NCBI GenBank assembly: GCA_004431415.1
Contig: QPMI01000457.1
Coordinates: 372,001-436,000, forward strand
Source: Cyanophora paradoxa CCMP329
Lineage: Eukaryota; Plantae; Glaucophyta
Direction: 5' to 3'
DNA: 64,000 nt
Shown here: positions 60,501 to 64,000 of the stretch, in pieces
Layout: each line of letters begins with the position of its first letter
Position numbering within the stretch: the stretch's first letter is position 1
Made by a program: the position numbers and the translations under genes
Notes under the pieces: model-generated
Told to the model about the DNA's origin: nothing
The model's database searches: none
The model's input: the letters and a program-made list of their open reading frames with translations, nothing else

Positions 60501-63500
60501 TCTGATCTCAAACCCCAAGCGGGTACCAGTCTTTCCGAGAGGAGGAGTCCCTCCGAGACTCTCTCGTCGAAAGCCTGCGATTTCGCGCGGCGCACTGCAG
60601 TTGCTGAGTGCGGCCATGGGCCTTGCGAAATCCAGAAATTAAAAGTGGCCTCAGGCCTTGCGGTCAGAGCTTCAAAGGCTTGAGCCTGATCATGAGCCGA
60701 GCCGCCAAGCTGCAGCTGCAGCTGGCCCTCGCGGGAGGCTTTGAGCTCGAACCCCCACACTTGAGCGAGCAAGCGGCCTTGCTGCCGTTGCGAGATGAGA
60801 CGTGATCCACGGAGCCTTGAGCTCGGGATGCACCCTCAAGAGAAGCTTGATGCATATATGCCTGAGGCACGATGCCCAGCCGGCGAGCGCCTGATGGCAT
60901 GCCGTGAGCTTGACAGGCGGCCCGTGAGCCCCTGCAAAAATCGTGAGCCTCCGAGCTTGAGCACAAGGTGCCCTCGAGAGCTCGAGCCCTGAAATAAAGT
61001 CCTGGCGCGCCCCGAGGCGGCCAGGCAATAGCAGGCTCTGCCATGAGCTTTGCAGTTCTTTGAACTCAAGTCCTGGTGACGCCCGCCAAGTTGGCGCCCA
61101 GGCCGCGCGGGTCTGTTCCGGGATCATCGGATCCGGACTGAACGTTAGCGGGGCGAGGGGCCCAGTGCCCCGCCCAAAGACCTGGTGAACTGCCCGACGA
61201 GTTGGCATCCAGGCGGCACACTGTGGCTGCAGGCCGAGTGGTGCGACGGGCTGCGAGCCCTGCTCACAAGCTAAGAGCTTTGAGACCCGGCGGCCAGCCT
61301 GTTGAGGCGGCGCCAGAAGGACCCCCACGATCGTGAGTCTCGTCTCGCATGTGGCCGGCCCGGCCCCAGGGCGCGGTCGTGACGGCGGGTGGTCCTGGCC
61401 AGGAGCGGCTTGAGAAAGCCGGCTCCAAGCCGCGTCCCGGCCCCACACGAGGGCGAGGACAAGAAGCGGCGATGCCTGCCTCCGAGCAGAGCGAGCACAA
61501 GAGGCCACCCGTGAAGGGTTGGGCTGAGAAGGGCCAAGCGCCCGCGAAATATCGCGAAAGTCCCGAGCAGAAGTGGTGCGCTGCGGGCGGCCGTTGTCCT
61601 TGAGCACAGCTCGGCACGGTGACAGGGCGGAAGACCCTTGCAAAGACCTAGCCGAGCCCTAGGACGCGCCTTGCGTCTGCAGAAGGGTCGGTGGGCGGCT
61701 GTGACGCCGGGTTCTGCCCCGGGTACAGCGACAGGGGATGACAAATTCCCCCTCCGTGTAAGACCTGGTGTGGTACCAGGGCGCGCCTTGCGCCGGCAGG
61801 GGTACACGCAGGCGGTCGTGACGCCGGGTTCCTGCCCCGGGTACGACGACGGGGAAGCAAAAATACCCCCAGCAGGGCTCCGCACCAGGGACGCTTGGTG
61901 GCGGACCGCCTGAGAGGGCCACGTCCCCTTTTAATAGATGTGCACCCGCGGGTCGGGCAGGGTACCTCCCGTCGCGCAATGGCGTGGAAGGGCACCTTGT
62001 GGGCGGCGTCTAGCCTCGCCCTGGAGATTCTAGCTCCACCGCCGTCGGGGGATTCCCGATCCGACGCCGTGATAATGCAGTGAAGGCACGGTGTTTGCCT
62101 GAGCAGCGGCGCTAGTCGAGCTGCTTAGCCCTAAGTTTTGGGACGGGCATTTCGCTGTGGGCTGCTGAGCGCTGTCGCGAGCGCTGCGCCCCGCGTTGCT
62201 GTTGCAGCGTGTGCCTTTGCAGCTAACGTGCTGCACAATCGCGATGAGGGCAGGGCCCCCTCGGCTTCCGTCCCCTTCCGCTCGCCTCGTGCGGGTTGCC
62301 TGGGCCGCCGGCCCGAAGTTGGACCTCGCCCCCTGGGCACTACACGCTGGAGTCGTGCCGGCACTTGCCGGGCATCAGTCTTTTCTATTCCCGGCAGTCG
62401 ACGCCGGGCATGGACATGTACATAGCCGGACTTGGTGTCTTTTCTATTCCCGGCAGTTGCCGGCCACGGACGGACGTTGAGCCTTTTTCGATTCCGGCAG
62501 TAGCCGGTTGATATGTATTTATTTAGACCCGCGCGGACGCGGGATCCGAGAGGAGGAGTTGTCGCATCCGACATTATAGCGGATGCTCATTTATATGTGA
62601 GCCGCTAGGGCTCTAGATCACGTCAGCCTTCGAGCTGCTGGACCGACGGCGCCTAGGCTAGTTAGAGCGCCGCGGTCACTTGTATTCGTGTCGGGGTACG
62701 CCGTATCTGGACGGGTACACCCAGTGAGTTGGATCTTAGCGACGACAGCAGTGACACTCGCCATTCCCCGCCCTGCCGAGCTTGCACTCCGCACGGGCTT
62801 CCCGCGCGCACGATTAGGCACACTAATCTCGCACGCGACAGCCGGCTTCGAGGCCGGCGCGGTGCTGCGGAACGCACTGGAGGGCACGTACGACTCCGGC
62901 TTGACGGACGAGTGGCGCTTCCGCAAACGCCTCGTCAACCTCAATTTCGCTGCCCGCGACCCGCTCTCCACCGACGCCCTGATCGCCCTCGCCGAGCGCT
63001 GGCCCCCCGGACTCGTCACCTACGGTGGGAGGGGCCGTTCACGATCGCCAGCGCGGCTGGGGCCGGGCTCACGCCGCTGCAGACATGCTTGGACATGTGC
63101 GCTCGATAGACAACGGGCAGACGCCGCTTGAGATTGCGCTGGGCCGGCGGGACCTTCCGAGCAGCGTCCTCGCGCGCCTCCTCGTCATCGCTGCTCCGCC
63201 CCTCAGCGACCCGCTCGCCTGCGGCGCCCAGGCCCTTCAACAATTTTCCTCTTCTCCTTGCCCTCTTCGCTTTCTTATCCCCCTGCAGCTCGCATACGCG
63301 AAGGCGCATGCGGGGTGGGGGGCCCGCCGGCCGCCCTTCTCGCCCGAGGCGGAGCCGGCGGCCATCGAGGCCCGCGCTGCCTTCGAGCACCACGCCCGCC
63401 TCCTTGTACGCGTGCCCGTGTACTCTAGATCTCCCTCCCGCGGCCGGGCCCGAGGCTTTCTGCATGCAGGACAAACTCGCGCGCGCTGCGGCCGCCCGCG

Positions 63501-63540
63501 CGGGGGCCACGGTCAGAGTCGAGGCTGCTGCGGGTGAGGT
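54510..63540 (+). CDS. F-box / LRR / ankyrin-repeat protein gene interrupted by an LTR element
   Basis: Spliced F-box LTDLP|RDVLAKIL...ARATCRALR; LRRs (LPRLRVLDVSGT); ankyrin-like RDSFGMTLLAAA, GCNVLHICA, TALHEAAR, DNGQTPLEIA. Removing 57671-62845 restores the frame RALAGFEAGAVL. The 3' end is uncertain and may run off the window. Confidence 0.7.
57671..57951 (+). repeat. 5' LTR
   Basis: TGTCGC...GCGACA terminal inverted repeat; TATA-like TTTATAT at ~57701. Confidence 0.97.
57952..57976 (+). promoter_or_regulatory. Primer-binding site (complement of a tRNA 3' end including the T-loop)
   Basis: GGCGCCATTCTGCCGGAATCGAACC; its reverse complement is GG-TTCGATT-CCGG-CAGAATGGC-G-CC. Confidence 0.75.
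58428..59998 (+). CDS. gag: Gag-like protein with two zinc knuckles
   Basis: Intronless ORF from MSNTSELISS. Restoring one C at ~59683-59686 gives CYGC-x12-HWANVC followed by CGRCGEAGHHHSAC (CX2CX4HX4C); stop at 59998. Confidence 0.75.
61661..61870. repeat. ~117-bp diverged tandem duplication in the LTR element internal region
   Basis: CGCGCCTTGCG...GTGACGCCGGGTT(C)CTGCCCCGGGTAC..CGAC.GGGG occurs twice, each followed by a GGGG...CCCC hairpin. Confidence 0.75.
62545..62559 (+). promoter_or_regulatory. Polypurine tract
   Basis: TCCGAGAGGAGGAGT immediately before the 3' LTR. Confidence 0.9.
62560..62840 (+). repeat. 3' LTR
   Basis: Copy of 57671-57951. Confidence 0.97.
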
Positions 63541-64000
63541 CGGGTACCCCGGGGCGGCGCTCGCCGGGCCGCCCCCGTTGCCTGCAGCGGTTGCGCGGCC
63601 AGCGGCGCCAGCGACGGGCTCCGACGCGGCGCCGGTGCGGGCGAAGCAGCAGGTTACGGCTCAGCGCGGGTCCGACATCCGCCGCTTCGCTGCCCGCACG
63701 GCCACCGGTGGCTCCTCCGGATCCCCACCTGGCTCCTCCGCGGCCACCGCCACCCAGCCCGCCGCCCCCTCCTCGAGTTCCGCGGGCGGCCGCGGCCTCG
63801 GCGGCTCTCTGGTCGCAGTGGCAGGGGCGGCCGCGGCCGCGGCGCCGATGCGGTGCTGCGGTGGAGCTTCGGAGAGGCGGCGGCGGGCACGGGGGCGGAT
63901 GCGGCCGAGGCGCTCGCTGCGGCGGCGGCGGCCCTCGAGGCCGCCGCCCGCGCCGCGGTCGCTGCCTGGCCCGCCGCCTCCGCGAAAGAGGCGTAGGCCT

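Larger units (their letters stand above)
57671..62840 (+). mobile_element. Non-autonomous (gag-only, TR-GAG-like) LTR retrotransposon
   Basis: 281-bp direct repeats TG...CA at 57671-57951 and 62560-62840, with no difference seen by eye. 5-bp TSD GCCGG (57666-57670, 62841-62845), PBS, PPT and gag with CCHC are present. No RT/IN motifs were seen. Confidence 0.97.

Noticed and set aside
63654-64000. 3' end of a minus-strand gene entering from the right edge
   Set aside because: Ala-rich open frames exist on both strands and cannot be told apart from a continuation of the ankyrin gene without downstream sequence.

Overview
Eukaryotic nuclear DNA from a GC-rich, intron-dense alga or protist. Glaucophyte-like (Cyanophora type) is a guess from style only. 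Introns are short (about 55-100 nt), with GTGCGC/GTCCGC donors, frequent GC donors, CTGAC/CTCAC branch points and YAG acceptors, so the ORF track is mostly spurious and the gene models here were spliced by eye. The window holds about 9 spliced genes: a large type-I membrane protein; an unknown protein; a TPR-like/coiled-coil/2xCCCH/RING-H2 E3 ligase; a jacalin plus HEXXH zinc metallopeptidase; an IQ-repeat protein; two head-to-head paralogous F-box genes; a TmcB-like PAS class III adenylate cyclase; and an F-box/LRR/ankyrin gene. Mobile DNA comprises an L1/Tx1-type LINE (16-bp TSD, poly-A) between the paired F-box genes, a very young gag-only LTR element (apparently identical 281-bp LTRs, GCCGG TSD) inside an ankyrin exon, a 146-bp poly-A retroposon with a 13-bp TSD, and MITE-like relics. 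Top observations: (1) the LTR element's PBS has the 13-bp (9/4) geometry and G discriminator of tRNA-Sec, is mirrored by an exact 14-nt complement near the PPT, and the element has three central PPT copies; (2) one F-box protein carries RNA polymerase II CTD-like YSPTSPS heptads; (3) GC-AG introns are very frequent; (4) non-coding DNA is saturated with short palindromes. Many apparent frameshifts fall in C/G homopolymers and are probably long-read errors.
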